Positions 27,967 through 37,573 of a stretch of 40,817 nucleotides of DNA are shown here, piece after piece. Origin of the DNA: Bdellovibrionota bacterium (GTDB lineage: Bacteria > Bdellovibrionota_C > UBA2361 > JBGSMV01); the NCBI GenBank assembly GCA_041739995.1, contig JBGSMV010000028.1, positions 1 through 40,817 of the forward strand, read 5' to 3'. Each line of letters begins with the position of its first letter. Positions within the stretch are counted from its first letter, which is position 1. A program made the position numbers and the translations under genes. The notes under the pieces were generated by a model. The model did no database searches. It saw only the letters and a list, made by a program, of their open reading frames with translations, and had not been told where the DNA came from.

Positions 27967-28224
27967 TCAAGCAAACTCTCGATGCACTCGCTTAAATGTT
28001 TCGACTGCGTTCGCAAATGTAGGGGCTGTGTGCGCTACCGCTCGATAGCTTTTGCCCGCCTCAGCTAGGGCCGTCACCACAAACACACCACTTCGCTCTA
28101 AGAGCTGTAACTTAATGCGCTCTTCGCCCTTTTGCGCATCGAGCTCGAACCACGTCCTTATCACCTCAGCACGACTTGCCGGACGCAGCTGCTCGAAACA
28201 CTTTCTTACACGCACGGCACTCAT
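27967..28224 (-). CDS. Small hypothetical protein
   Basis: GGAGG RBS and a sigma70-like promoter directly upstream. Confidence 0.6.
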   Translation of the reverse strand: MSAVRVRKCFEQLRPASRAEVIRTWFELDAQKGEERIKLQLLERSGVFVVTALAEAGKSYRAVAHTAPTFANAVETFKRVHREFA

Positions 28225-28244
28225 AGAGCCTCCACTTTTTTCTT

Positions 28245-28274
28245 GTTATAAACCTAACGTTGGGTTAGTGTCAA
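28245..28274 (-). promoter_or_regulatory. Sigma70-like promoter with palindromic operator in the spacer
   Basis: Minus strand TTGACA-18-TATAAC. The spacer contains the near-palindrome AACCTAACGTTGGGTT (28251-28266). Confidence 0.65.
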
Positions 28275-28294
28275 TAGGAAACACAGGAGGGAAA

Positions 28295-28489
28295 ATGGCT
28301 GTTCAAAAGCAACTAAGTGAAGCTGCGCGGGTGATGGGACGGGTGCGTTCGGTGCGCAAAGCTGAGGCTGCGAGACAAAACGGCCTGCTCGGTGGTCGAC
28401 CACCTGGAATCAGACACTCACGCGCGGTGCGGCTAAAGCTCGCACTCGCCCAGCAGGCAAGACGCGCCCGAGAGAGGGGAGGTGATTAG
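28295..28489 (+). CDS. Small basic protein with S..KA.AAR.NG..GGRP motif, probable DNA-binding protein
   Basis: AGGAGG RBS. MAVQKQLSEAARVMGRVRSVRKAEAARQNGLLGGRP. Confidence 0.7.
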   Translation: MAVQKQLSEAARVMGRVRSVRKAEAARQNGLLGGRPPGIRHSRAVRLKLALAQQARRARERGGD

Positions 28490-28554
28490 GGGAAAGCTTG
28501 TTGGTACACTTCGTTTGCTGCCGCTTTGGGCTTGCAGAGTAGTGAGGGCGTCGC

Positions 28555-29313
28555 ATGAGGTCTGAACATCACCAACCGGTCGAGCGAGGGGCCCTCCCAG
28601 AGAACGATTCGCGACTTCGCGACCGAACACGGAAGCCCCCACCACTCCCGCCATTCGAGCCAGAGGCCTTGAACGAACTGCGTCTTGCCGCGCGCCCGGA
28701 CTATGTGCCGGCGTGCAACATGCGCGGGCATAGAATGGAACTATTGGATATTCGACCAGACGTTTCGGCGCATGCAGTGTCTGTGTTTACCGTAGAGCAC
28801 GCCCCCGATGAGCGCTTTGGCTCAGCACTTCCGCATCTCTTGGGCGTGAATACAAAGCGGCTACTTCTCCAATGGGGCATGAGGCTTGACCGCTGGGAAC
28901 CGATTCCGACCGCGAGCCGGGTGGTGCTGGTGCATGACGCACACTCCATGCACACCTATTCGCCTCCAGATGCACAAGGCTCCGATGTGGCCCAATCTAC
29001 CCATCTCGCATGCATGGGGCTCTCTTTAGCAGAACCGCCAGAGGCTACCATAGTGTGCGCCGCTGCGGTCTCCATGGCTAAGAAGGCTGGTCTCAACCTC
29101 CAACGTCTCGCCTCTACCTGGGCCGAGGCACAAGCTGAGAGTTTCGGAAAGCTCCAGCCAGAAGTGAGCGATCTTCTCGTCAAACTTCGTCAGGGGGAAC
29201 TCGCGACCTCGGTTGGCGGTCTCTACATTGATGAGATTGGCGAATTGTGCGCCTCCCTGCGCAGCCTTCGACATCCACTCTGTTTCGCTCTTGGGACGTT
29301 TTCAGGACACTAA
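28555..29313 (+). CDS. Hypothetical protein
   Basis: 252-aa ORF converging on the nuclease gene. Confidence 0.55.
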   Translation: MRSEHHQPVERGALPENDSRLRDRTRKPPPLPPFEPEALNELRLAARPDYVPACNMRGHRMELLDIRPDVSAHAVSVFTVEHAPDERFGSALPHLLGVNTKRLLLQWGMRLDRWEPIPTASRVVLVHDAHSMHTYSPPDAQGSDVAQSTHLACMGLSLAEPPEATIVCAAAVSMAKKAGLNLQRLASTWAEAQAESFGKLQPEVSDLLVKLRQGELATSVGGLYIDEIGELCASLRSLRHPLCFALGTFSGH

Positions 29314-29912
29314 GGGTAGAGCCGTTCGGGATCTATCTGGCTCAAGCGGAAGAACTTCCATAACCCTCGGCGCGCCACCTTCGCTTCTTGCACAGCGGCG
29401 CTCGCACGGCGGTGATGCTCCAGACTAGAGTGGTCTCCATACGGAAGGGCTAATCCCCTACGCAGCAGCTCGTCATTGAGCACCACTGCCGACTCGGGAA
29501 GATGCACATAGGCTAGAGTGCGACCATACTTGTCGAGTTCCAGGGGCGGTAACTCTACCCAGACCGCAGCACCGACCGGTAGCAGCCGGCGCACCTCGGT
29601 GGCCGTCGCCTTTGCGATCTGCACAATATCTTCTGAGTCTACTCCTAAGGTTTTCGCCTGGCGGCGAGCGTGGTTCGAGCGGGTAACTTCGAGCGCATCA
29701 ACACCTAAGAGCCTTATGGTCTTTAAGCCTACACCATCGTGGACTCTTAGCGTGTCAGCATCTATCACCGATTCCACTATGACCTCGTGGAGCAATTGGC
29801 GCTGTGGCGTGGTTGCCGGGCTACTTTGTGAGTAAGCGAAGAGCAGAATGCACAAAAACACCACGCCTTGCGGCGTAACCTTTGGATAGTGAACGTGGAA
29901 GTAATGCGCCAC
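29310..29912 (-). CDS. Thermonuclease (SNase family) with N-terminal hydrophobic segment
   Basis: VIDADTL, IRLLGVDALE, DKYGRTLAYV, LNDELLRRGLA, EAKVARRGLW. Confidence 0.92.
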   Translation of the reverse strand: MAHYFHVHYPKVTPQGVVFLCILLFAYSQSSPATTPQRQLLHEVIVESVIDADTLRVHDGVGLKTIRLLGVDALEVTRSNHARRQAKTLGVDSEDIVQIAKATATEVRRLLPVGAAVWVELPPLELDKYGRTLAYVHLPESAVVLNDELLRRGLALPYGDHSSLEHHRRASAAVQEAKVARRGLWKFFRLSQIDPERLYP

Positions 29913-29930
29913 GAGAGCTTCGCCCCTTTA

Positions 29931-30569
29931 CTAGCCGCGCATATTTCTGGCCATCTGCCACCCGGTATCCGTTTCGACGAACATCTCCGTGGCTTCTCGC
30001 GGCTTGTCACTCGAGGCGATAGCCTGATTAATTGAGGAAACTTTTGCGACAACATTTTCCTTTTTAGCCCACGCAGGGAGTACCTCAATTGTGTATCGGT
30101 ACTTGACCTCAGCCGCATGGTGCCCAGTCCACATATCTTGTTCCTTGAAGGCATCTACGGTCGCCACTCTCATCCCATAACACGCAGTGAGCGTGCCGTT
30201 CTTTATTTCAAATGTTCGCTTCGCTGACTCAGCTAGCTTAAATCGGTAACCTGGCACCTTTGACGTTTCAAACATCTTCTTATACGCGAACGGCTTATTC
30301 ACCATAACTTCCTCTCTGGTGACGTAGCCCTCATCTACAAAGGTCTGAAGGATCGCGCCCATGCCGGAGTACGTGGAGGAGATGATGTGAATCATGTCTT
30401 TATCAAAATCCCACTTGTCTTCGTCATTCTCATTGGTGGGAAATGACACGCACTCTAAATTCTCCTTGAAGTACTCGTTTAGGCGTTTCTCAAAAAACGA
30501 CTCAGAGACTCCAAACAAATTGCAGCCAGAGAGCGAGAGCAGACATGCGGTTACAATGAGCTTCTTCAT
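29931..30569 (-). CDS. Lipoprotein of unknown function
   Basis: MKKLIVTACLLSLSGC lipobox. Confidence 0.85.
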   Translation of the reverse strand: MKKLIVTACLLSLSGCNLFGVSESFFEKRLNEYFKENLECVSFPTNENDEDKWDFDKDMIHIISSTYSGMGAILQTFVDEGYVTREEVMVNKPFAYKKMFETSKVPGYRFKLAESAKRTFEIKNGTLTACYGMRVATVDAFKEQDMWTGHHAAEVKYRYTIEVLPAWAKKENVVAKVSSINQAIASSDKPREATEMFVETDTGWQMARNMRG

Positions 30570-30656
30570 GTTATTTCCCCTGTGAAAAACTAGATCAGAA
30601 CTTCGAGAATAGCGGGGTTTGAGGCCATTCGCGGGGCGAATGGATGGGGACCGAGC

Positions 30657-30734
30657 ATTTCGCCACAGTCACAGCCCCCGATTCCCGGTCGCTTCTGCAC
30701 TGGTAGCAGTGGGTGTGACTATGGACGAAACCCT
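30657..30734. repeat. Structured direct repeat B, copy 1
   Basis: ATTTCGCCACAGTCACAG...CAGTGGGTG..CTATGGACGAAACCCT, shared with 36346-36422. Confidence 0.85.
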
Positions 30735-30919
30735 CAAACCCAAGGGGAAGCGGGCACGGGGTAGGGGGATACCGACTACTTTGGCATCCTCTCCCAGTGT
30801 TCCCTGAGCTACCATCGCAATAAGTGCGAGGTTCGATTATCGTGGTGACCTGTGCGAACCTTAGGCGCTGGACGGCGTGCCTGCCGCGTTATGACCTGCG
30901 CTCCATCATTGGACTACCG

Positions 30920-33625
30920 ATGACGTGTCGGACTGTTTTTGATCTAAGATTCTCATTGCCTCCAAGCGTGGAGCTTGTCGAAGCATCCTTTGCGCACGCA
31001 TCGTTCGACCGACCCCTCGTCGTGCGGCGCGGCAAGGGCACGTTCGATGGCAAGGTGGGTTCCTTTCAATGGACATCGGCTGTCCGTGCGCTCAGCGAAC
31101 TAGCCCTTCGGAGCTTCCTATGGGGCCACGCCGGCACAGGGACTCAACCTCTGCTTTCCGGTGAACGAGGGTCTTTGGCAAGCTCCCTCGATCTCGCGCT
31201 CACAAAGGAGCCTAACTGGCTTGCCGAGATGTTTGGTGTTGACTCTCTCGGTACGCTGCTCGCAAAGCGCGTGTTCCTACGCTCCAACTCGAACTTAAAA
31301 AGGCCCGGCCCCGTCGAAGTGCGTCTCAATGATGCCTTCCTCGACCCACGACTCATTGTCGTGCGCGCGCTCGATGGTCGAGAACTGTCCCTGCTGGAAG
31401 TCGAAGAATTGATCCAGCGCATTGCCGCTAGCGCCGTTCGCTCAGAGACAGAGGCTCAAGGACCAGAGCACGCCAAGCGCCCGATAGTTGATTTAAGAGC
31501 GATCTATGCGTACGCGGCTGCAGCACCATTTGTTGGTCGAGAGGAGGAACTGGCACAACTAAGAGCTGCGGCAGAAAACTCAGAGCGCCGACCTATTGCG
31601 GTACTTGGGCCACCAGGAATAGGCAAGAGCCATTTGGTGATTCGGGCTTTAGAAAACTCGGAGGAGCCTTCGGGTTCAGGGCGGTACTTGGTCCCCGTGT
31701 CCTGTGAAGGACTGAAGACCTCTCAAGATATAGAGCAACGCATAGCGTTACAGCTGGGACATACCCGCAGAGTTTCTGTCGCCACTCTCGCAAGAGCGCT
31801 TCAGGACAGTAGCGCTATACTTTTCCTCGATGACGCCGAATACCCCCTGAGAGCCGATGAGCAAGCCTTTGTGCAGGTATTACAAACCTTCTCACAGATT
31901 CCTGATGTTCAACTCGTGGCTGTTTTTCGCGGCAATGAGTATCCTCAGCACGCTCTCAGGTGGTCGACCCCAATCGTTCTTCGTCCGCTTCCAGCGGAGA
32001 GTACCGAGGCGCTCCTTTGCCAACTCCTTACCCACACTCCAGAGGCTGACGTGCTGCGTGAGCTCGTGGAAACCACTGCCGGCGTGCCAATCGCGATTCA
32101 GTCCCTCAGCAAGCGCGCACGTGGATACGCCGACTTAAGGGACCTACTCCAGGAGTATCGCCAAGAATCACTATCGGCTCTCGAAGAGGGGGCTGGGCTG
32201 GAAGGACTATCACGGTCTGCCATTCGCTCCTTCGAACTCGCGTTGAGCGATCCGCTGATCAATGAGGAGGCCCGGGTCCTGTTAAGGGTAATTGCCCAGT
32301 ATCCCAGCGGTGTCACGCGAGCCCGGCTTGACTCCGCCTTTCCAAAAGCTGCGCGACCTGTCTGCATCAGTCTTGTCCGGGCGGGTCTTTTGAGTAACGC
32401 AGAGTCCTCCGGGCGGCTTCATTGCTTGCCCCCTATTAGACGGTTCGTTGAGGCCAAGCTCGCACTACCCAGAAGTCACTTAGATGTCTTTCACCGAGCG
32501 ATATTTGAGTTCACTACACAGAACGCTCCACATGTTGGGTATCAAGAGGACGGGATGCGCTGTGGGCAGCTAATCCTCAGCGAACTCGGCGAAATCGTCG
32601 CGAGCATCGATGACGCTCTCAACCAGCCGCACCCTCGAGACGCCATCGATGCGTCCATAGGCCTTGCTAATTTCGTAGACTTCACCGGCTTCGGTGACAC
32701 CAAACTTCTTCTTAGAGCGGCTCTCGTGGCCGAGGAAAACCAAATGCCCGATCGAGCTGCCGAGCTCTACGAGCGCATCGGGGACATCGCATTTGTGCGC
32801 AGTGATATGACCGAGGCGCGCGACTACTTCCAGAAGGCACTTACGTACTTTAGTGCACGGCCCAATAAGACAAGGCACGCCAAGTGCGCCAAACGCCTCG
32901 CCGACATCGCGGTCGAACGAGGGGACAGTAGAATGGCCGTGATCCTCTACGCAGAGGCGGAAGCACTGTATGGGCAGGCCAACGACGAAGTCGGAACTGC
33001 GCGCTGCTTTCGTGGAAGGGCAGTGTTGGCGCTCCGAGAAGGGAAACTTAAGAAAGCTGCCGCCCTCTGCAGGGAGGCGCTAACTCGGTTCAGGCGAAAT
33101 GGAGATCGCCTGGGGCAAGCGAATGGAGAAAAAACCGCTGGACTTGTCGCCCTTCTCAGTGGTCAAGCCGGAGCCGCAAAACTGAAGTTGAAGGCCGCAT
33201 TCGAGCAGTTCGAACTGTTAGGTGATACCCTTGGAGTGGCTGAGACCAGCCGGTACCTTGGCGCTCTTGCAGCAACCGAAGGACAACTTTTGGAGGCTGA
33301 GCAGCTCGTATTGAAAGCTCATGCCCACTTCGAGGCGCTCTCCCGCGCTTTCGAGATGCACGAAGCACAACTGGCGCTTCTAGCCCTCAGGAACCGGAAG
33401 CAGAACCATGGAGATCGTGGGACAATGAGTGCCGAATTGGAGGCGTACTACAAGACGAATGGCGACATCGCCGCTCAGGGCTGCAAGCTGCTCTTTGATC
33501 TTACCCGCCTCGCCGGGCCCACAGAGGATGAAGTGTTAGAGCAGGTTGAGGATCTTTGGCGAAGGCACAGACGTTGCGACTTGCTCATAGCGCTGACCGG
33601 CTTTAGGGCTGGGGCGCCTTCCTAA
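30920..33625 (+). CDS. STAND-class NTPase with C-terminal TPRs and an unnamed N-terminal domain
   Basis: FVGREEEL, Walker A GPPGIGKS, Walker B ILFLDDAE, GVPIAI, multiple TPR-like repeats. Confidence 0.88.
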   Translation: MTCRTVFDLRFSLPPSVELVEASFAHASFDRPLVVRRGKGTFDGKVGSFQWTSAVRALSELALRSFLWGHAGTGTQPLLSGERGSLASSLDLALTKEPNWLAEMFGVDSLGTLLAKRVFLRSNSNLKRPGPVEVRLNDAFLDPRLIVVRALDGRELSLLEVEELIQRIAASAVRSETEAQGPEHAKRPIVDLRAIYAYAAAAPFVGREEELAQLRAAAENSERRPIAVLGPPGIGKSHLVIRALENSEEPSGSGRYLVPVSCEGLKTSQDIEQRIALQLGHTRRVSVATLARALQDSSAILFLDDAEYPLRADEQAFVQVLQTFSQIPDVQLVAVFRGNEYPQHALRWSTPIVLRPLPAESTEALLCQLLTHTPEADVLRELVETTAGVPIAIQSLSKRARGYADLRDLLQEYRQESLSALEEGAGLEGLSRSAIRSFELALSDPLINEEARVLLRVIAQYPSGVTRARLDSAFPKAARPVCISLVRAGLLSNAESSGRLHCLPPIRRFVEAKLALPRSHLDVFHRAIFEFTTQNAPHVGYQEDGMRCGQLILSELGEIVASIDDALNQPHPRDAIDASIGLANFVDFTGFGDTKLLLRAALVAEENQMPDRAAELYERIGDIAFVRSDMTEARDYFQKALTYFSARPNKTRHAKCAKRLADIAVERGDSRMAVILYAEAEALYGQANDEVGTARCFRGRAVLALREGKLKKAAALCREALTRFRRNGDRLGQANGEKTAGLVALLSGQAGAAKLKLKAAFEQFELLGDTLGVAETSRYLGALAATEGQLLEAEQLVLKAHAHFEALSRAFEMHEAQLALLALRNRKQNHGDRGTMSAELEAYYKTNGDIAAQGCKLLFDLTRLAGPTEDEVLEQVEDLWRRHRRCDLLIALTGFRAGAPS

Positions 33626-34559
33626 CCATGGAACGTACGACCTTCGGTGAAACTCTAGAAGGCACCGCTCCAAATTGTTGGACCGCAAGAGCACCAAGCG
33701 CATTTCCAACAACCGCAGCATACACCAAGGTGGCGGTATCCAGTGCCGCCCGTTCGGCAAGGGCCCACGCGAACCCAGCAGTCCAGCAATCACCAGCTCC
33801 CGTCGAGTCGAGAGCCCGAACTCTAAATGCAGGAACTTTGCGTCGCGCGACTTCAGCCGTGCTTAGGACGGCGCCCCGTCGTCCGATCTTCACGCATAAG
33901 CTGCGCACAGAAAGCAACGCGCGCGCCTCAGTTATGGCGCTTGGTTGAAGGCCAGTCATGGCGACAAGCTCATCCGCGCTCGGCACGAAGGCTGAGCAAA
34001 GCGGCATCCACGGTGTAAGTTTTTGTTTCCACGTCGCTCTGGCCCAATCGGAACGAAGAGCCGGGTCCAGAATGACAATCTTATCTCGCAAAGCCCTTAC
34101 GAGCGCTGCGGATGGGCCGGTCCGAAGAAGGCCCTCCATGAGCGCAAGTCCTTGCAGCACGACCACTTTTGGCTCGAACACACGCACGGCACGGAGCACA
34201 TCAGCGTTCTGAATAGCGGCACTCGCTCCGCTAAAGGAAAGAATCCGCCGCTCAGAGTTGGGGGCGACAGCGACAATACTAACCGACGTCCCCCCAGACG
34301 TGGTCCTTGGCTCAAAAACTTTGACACGATTGGAACTAAGACTGGAACGGACTATTTCCCCTGCGGTATCGGAGCCAATCGCGGTGAGAAGCGCACTCGT
34401 GACTCCCAGGTTTGCAAGGCACACGGCGGTACACAGCCCGTTGCCCGCAGCGGAGAGTTGCGCACGAGAAAGCCTCAAACGACCCCCCGGGTGAGGGAAC
34501 CGCCCGACGGGGAATGCAGAGACGTCGACACACGAGGTGCCGACAGTGAGGATACGCAT
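33603..34559 (-). CDS. PfkB family carbohydrate/nucleoside kinase
   Basis: AGNGLCTAVCLANLG, IGSDTAG, VKIGRRGA, DSTGAGDCWTAGF. Confidence 0.92.
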   Translation of the reverse strand: MRILTVGTSCVDVSAFPVGRFPHPGGRLRLSRAQLSAAGNGLCTAVCLANLGVTSALLTAIGSDTAGEIVRSSLSSNRVKVFEPRTTSGGTSVSIVAVAPNSERRILSFSGASAAIQNADVLRAVRVFEPKVVVLQGLALMEGLLRTGPSAALVRALRDKIVILDPALRSDWARATWKQKLTPWMPLCSAFVPSADELVAMTGLQPSAITEARALLSVRSLCVKIGRRGAVLSTAEVARRKVPAFRVRALDSTGAGDCWTAGFAWALAERAALDTATLVYAAVVGNALGALAVQQFGAVPSRVSPKVVRSMVRKAPQP

Positions 34560-34565
34560 ACTCCT

Positions 34566-35180
34566 CTACAATTCAATCCTACGTTTTCCGCACGACCCCG
34601 CTGCACACATTGGGCAGTCGCTGGGGCTCCAGAGCGGGATCTTCTCGCTTATCGCAGACACGACAGACCTACCGAGCCTTAGCGAGGGAGCTCCGAAGTC
34701 CGCCAACGCTATCACATGCGTACCAGACGCCACTCCCATGGAGTCGAGAAATGAGATCAGGCGCGTCATGCGCCCGCCGGTTAACACCTCGTCGGTTACG
34801 ACGAGAACTCTTTCACCGATGGAATTCGACCACGTGCTCGGACTATCGCTGGGGTCGTCGGGCACTATCACTGCTTTGCAGCCTAATAGGTCGGCAAACT
34901 TTTTTGCGATGGGTTCACCGTAGGGTGGATGAGACACGACAAGACTGACTCCATCAGAGCAGCGAGGGGGGAGGGCTCGGAGCAGAGCAGAGCACATCCC
35001 ATTCAGGGTCTCTGGAGCAGAGAACAATCGGTGGACGTTAAGCGCCGTATCCGAGTGCAAGGCCCCACCTTCATAGACCACATGCGGGCCCGGGACGGAG
35101 AACTTCTGAAAAATCCCTGCCTCGGCAAGCTGTTGGCGCCAGGACCGATCCAGGGTTATTCGCGACGCTTCGGCAATCAC
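34566..35180 (-). CDS. PyrE-like type I phosphoribosyltransferase (divergent)
   Basis: GERVLVVTDEVLTGG PRPP-loop-like motif, LHSD, C-terminal W...DCPMCAAG. AGGAG RBS before GTG 35180. Confidence 0.75.
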   Translation of the reverse strand: MIAEASRITLDRSWRQQLAEAGIFQKFSVPGPHVVYEGGALHSDTALNVHRLFSAPETLNGMCSALLRALPPRCSDGVSLVVSHPPYGEPIAKKFADLLGCKAVIVPDDPSDSPSTWSNSIGERVLVVTDEVLTGGRMTRLISFLDSMGVASGTHVIALADFGAPSLRLGRSVVSAISEKIPLWSPSDCPMCAAGSCGKRRIEL

Positions 35181-35363
35181 CAAACGCTCCTCTATTCGGG
35201 TGCGGAATCAGCAAAGGATATGATTGGTTCACTCCTTAAACAACTCCTCTGAGCTCCTTATCACCATAAGAGGACGCTTTCTGATTTCTCTTCTAACCAC
35301 CTCAGCACGCCTTATGGGTCAAACTGCCGCTATCTACTGACCCAACATCCACGGAGGATTATT

Positions 35364-35915
35364 ATGCGTAAATTGGTACTTCATTTTATTGGAGAATCCA
35401 CGGTCCAGCTTTTCGAGACCTTTTTTTCCCATCCCCTGACCAGCGTCGAGCGTCGCTGCATTCGCGGCCGCCGCTGCGGAGCATATCGCGGCTACGCAAC
35501 GTTCCAATGGACTAAGGCCGTTCAAGCGCTCGCATTATTGGGAGTCGAGGCCGCTATTAGAGCCCAAGAACCAGCAGAGACTCCGCTTTTGGTTGGACGG
35601 CGGGGTAGCTTTGCGAGCTCACTCGATTACGCTATCGATAAACAGACCATCTGGCTCACGGAGATGTTCGGCTGGGATCAGAACGGAGCGGGATTGGCGC
35701 GTAGACTCTTCGTGCGCTCAAACCCTGGGCAACGAATTCCGGGCCCGGTGGCCTTGTCACTAAATCGAAACTTTTGCGACTACAACGAGCTGCAGATTCT
35801 CCTCAACGAGAGAGTAGTGACCGACCTGGAGGCGCTCAAGCAACTGCGCGCATCGCTCCTGGCTGGCCGCGAAGCGCGCTGCATCGGGCGGGAGTGGGAG
35901 AAGGCGGCGGCCTAA
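35364..35915 (+). CDS. Stand-alone paralog of the STAND protein N-terminal domain
   Basis: FQWT.AV.AL, G.RGS.ASSLD, WL.EMFG.D, LA.R.F.RSN, PGPV...LN shared with 30920-33625. GGAGG RBS. Confidence 0.8.
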   Translation: MRKLVLHFIGESTVQLFETFFSHPLTSVERRCIRGRRCGAYRGYATFQWTKAVQALALLGVEAAIRAQEPAETPLLVGRRGSFASSLDYAIDKQTIWLTEMFGWDQNGAGLARRLFVRSNPGQRIPGPVALSLNRNFCDYNELQILLNERVVTDLEALKQLRASLLAGREARCIGREWEKAAA

Positions 35916-36345
35916 TCCAACTCTTGATTCTACAACCCGAGCTCCATGCAACAGTGAGACACTCGCCGGTTCGGCCACTTCGGTTTCTTAGGGGCCCATT
36001 CAAGTCTCCTTTAGCAACGAGAATTTCCAACTGTTCTATGTTCCGAGGTGACGCAGCCGTTTTGGAGATACGCGGTATGACCGCTCACAGGTTGAGCGGG
36101 GAGGATGTCTTACAGAAATGCCATCAGCAGTAGACAACTCGTTGGCGGTGAATAGTCTCACTGCGAGCCTAATCCCTGTGGCGGTGCGTGCGCACGCCGC
36201 GGATCGGAAGACTCTTTCTTAGCAAACGAGCCTTCTCCACCACACACCTTCGCTCTCCTCTTTGTTGGTAACCTCCGGGAACAGCGCTTTGTTCGTCTCT
36301 GATGAGAAGCGAGCATGCAGGTGCTCTGAGGTAGGGACACGCCGT

Positions 36346-36422
36346 ATTTCGCCACAGTCACAGGCCCCCATCACGGGGGCTCCCGCACTTTTACCAGTGG
36401 GTGCGGCTATGGACGAAACCCT
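36346..36422. repeat. Structured direct repeat B, copy 2
   Basis: Matches 30657-30734 at both ends, with a divergent centre. Confidence 0.85.
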
Positions 36423-37025
36423 TACCTTGAAAGGTAAGCGTTTCGCCCGCCACCAGCCCTTTCTCCACAAGCATAGCGCCCAGTGCCATGGTGTGAGCTT
36501 TTGGTGGAACGCCCTCTCGTCACAGTCTTTGCACCGCGTGTCGGCGTCCTGCCTCACTCTGCACAATGTGCCTCGCCTCACGCCGCACACACACAGACAT
36601 GAATGTTGTTGGTTGTTGTCGTGTGCGCGCCCCGAAGGCTCGGGCTTGAGATGGCGTGTCGCGAATCGTTCGCTCCCTTCGTTATCGCTTCAGGTACCCA
36701 AAAGAGCTCGACGCGTAAGCGCACGCACGCGCGCCACGAGTACAGTGTCACGCCTGCATATGTGCGCCTTGTCGCGTCGCTCTTATGGAGATACTTCAGC
36801 GCCACTCACACCAAGGTCTTTCGGATGGCCGCGGAACCAAAATAACAACATGTTCCGCGCGATTACTTTTTTTGCGCTTTGCACTTCCCTTCGTGCGTAG
36901 CGGCCTCGTCGTGGGGGCGCCTTGGCTTGAGCCCCCACTCCTCTTTCCGCTTCGCCCAAAGGGCCGAGCAGCTTGTGGTGAGAGAACAGGTGGCGGGCGA
37001 AACGCTTAGCTACGGAGAAACAGAG

Positions 37026-37220
37026 ATGAAACCAGAAGTGCTTATAGAAACAAATCCCTTGGCTGGCCTTTCGTTCAGCCAAAATCCAGAAGAAGAGAGC
37101 TCACTACGAGACCTGCTTCGCTCACACAGACGAGAAATCATCAGACTTGAAGCCCTGGTGATGGAGCTGTGCCGTCGCATGAAACTCGTTGAGGCCTTCA
37201 TGCCAGGGAGGGAGCCATGA
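37026..37220 (+). CDS. Small hypothetical protein
   Basis: ATG 37026, ATGA overlap with the next gene. Confidence 0.5.
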   Translation: MKPEVLIETNPLAGLSFSQNPEEESSLRDLLRSHRREIIRLEALVMELCRRMKLVEAFMPGREP

Positions 37221-37555
37221 AAGCACCATTTCAAGGCACGATTCCCTACGGCACAGAAACCTTAGAGGTGTGCGGGGAGCGAAAGCTCCTCGCCGCCATG
37301 CTCTTAGACGCACTGCTTGAGGTCATGGGGGGAGGGCGCAGTGTGGCGTTTACCTCATCGATGGAACGAAAACTCTCTCGTAGTCGCACCGAGCGCTGGA
37401 TGACAAGCGATGAGGTGCACGCGTGCCCCGAACGCGGACTCTCATTTGCATGGGTCTGCGAACAACTAGATCTCGATGCAATGTCACTTAGGAACTCCGT
37501 ACTAGGAGCCCCAGGAGCTTCGCGTCGAGTGCAACGATACGTAACGACAAGGTGA
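37217..37555 (+). CDS. Conserved hypothetical protein (ER.L..A.L.DA / SF..VCE.L.LD motif)
   Basis: GERKLLAAMLLDAL...ERWMTSD...LSFAWVCEQLDLD. Confidence 0.7.
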   Translation: MKAPFQGTIPYGTETLEVCGERKLLAAMLLDALLEVMGGGRSVAFTSSMERKLSRSRTERWMTSDEVHACPERGLSFAWVCEQLDLDAMSLRNSVLGAPGASRRVQRYVTTR

Positions 37556-37573
37556 AAATAGGAGAAACTGTAT

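Noticed and set aside
30657..30734. Integron attC site
   Set aside because: It lacks RYYYAAC/GTTRRRY boxes and there is no integron integrase in the window.
36299..36420. Hammerhead ribozyme (CTGATGAG ... GGACGAAAC)
   Set aside because: The stem II arms do not pair, and CTGATGA is absent from the other repeat copy.
36158..37009. ORFs of 67-212 aa
   Set aside because: Composition is low-complexity and Arg/Ser/Cys-rich, the ORFs overlap each other, and they span repeat B. Likely non-coding.
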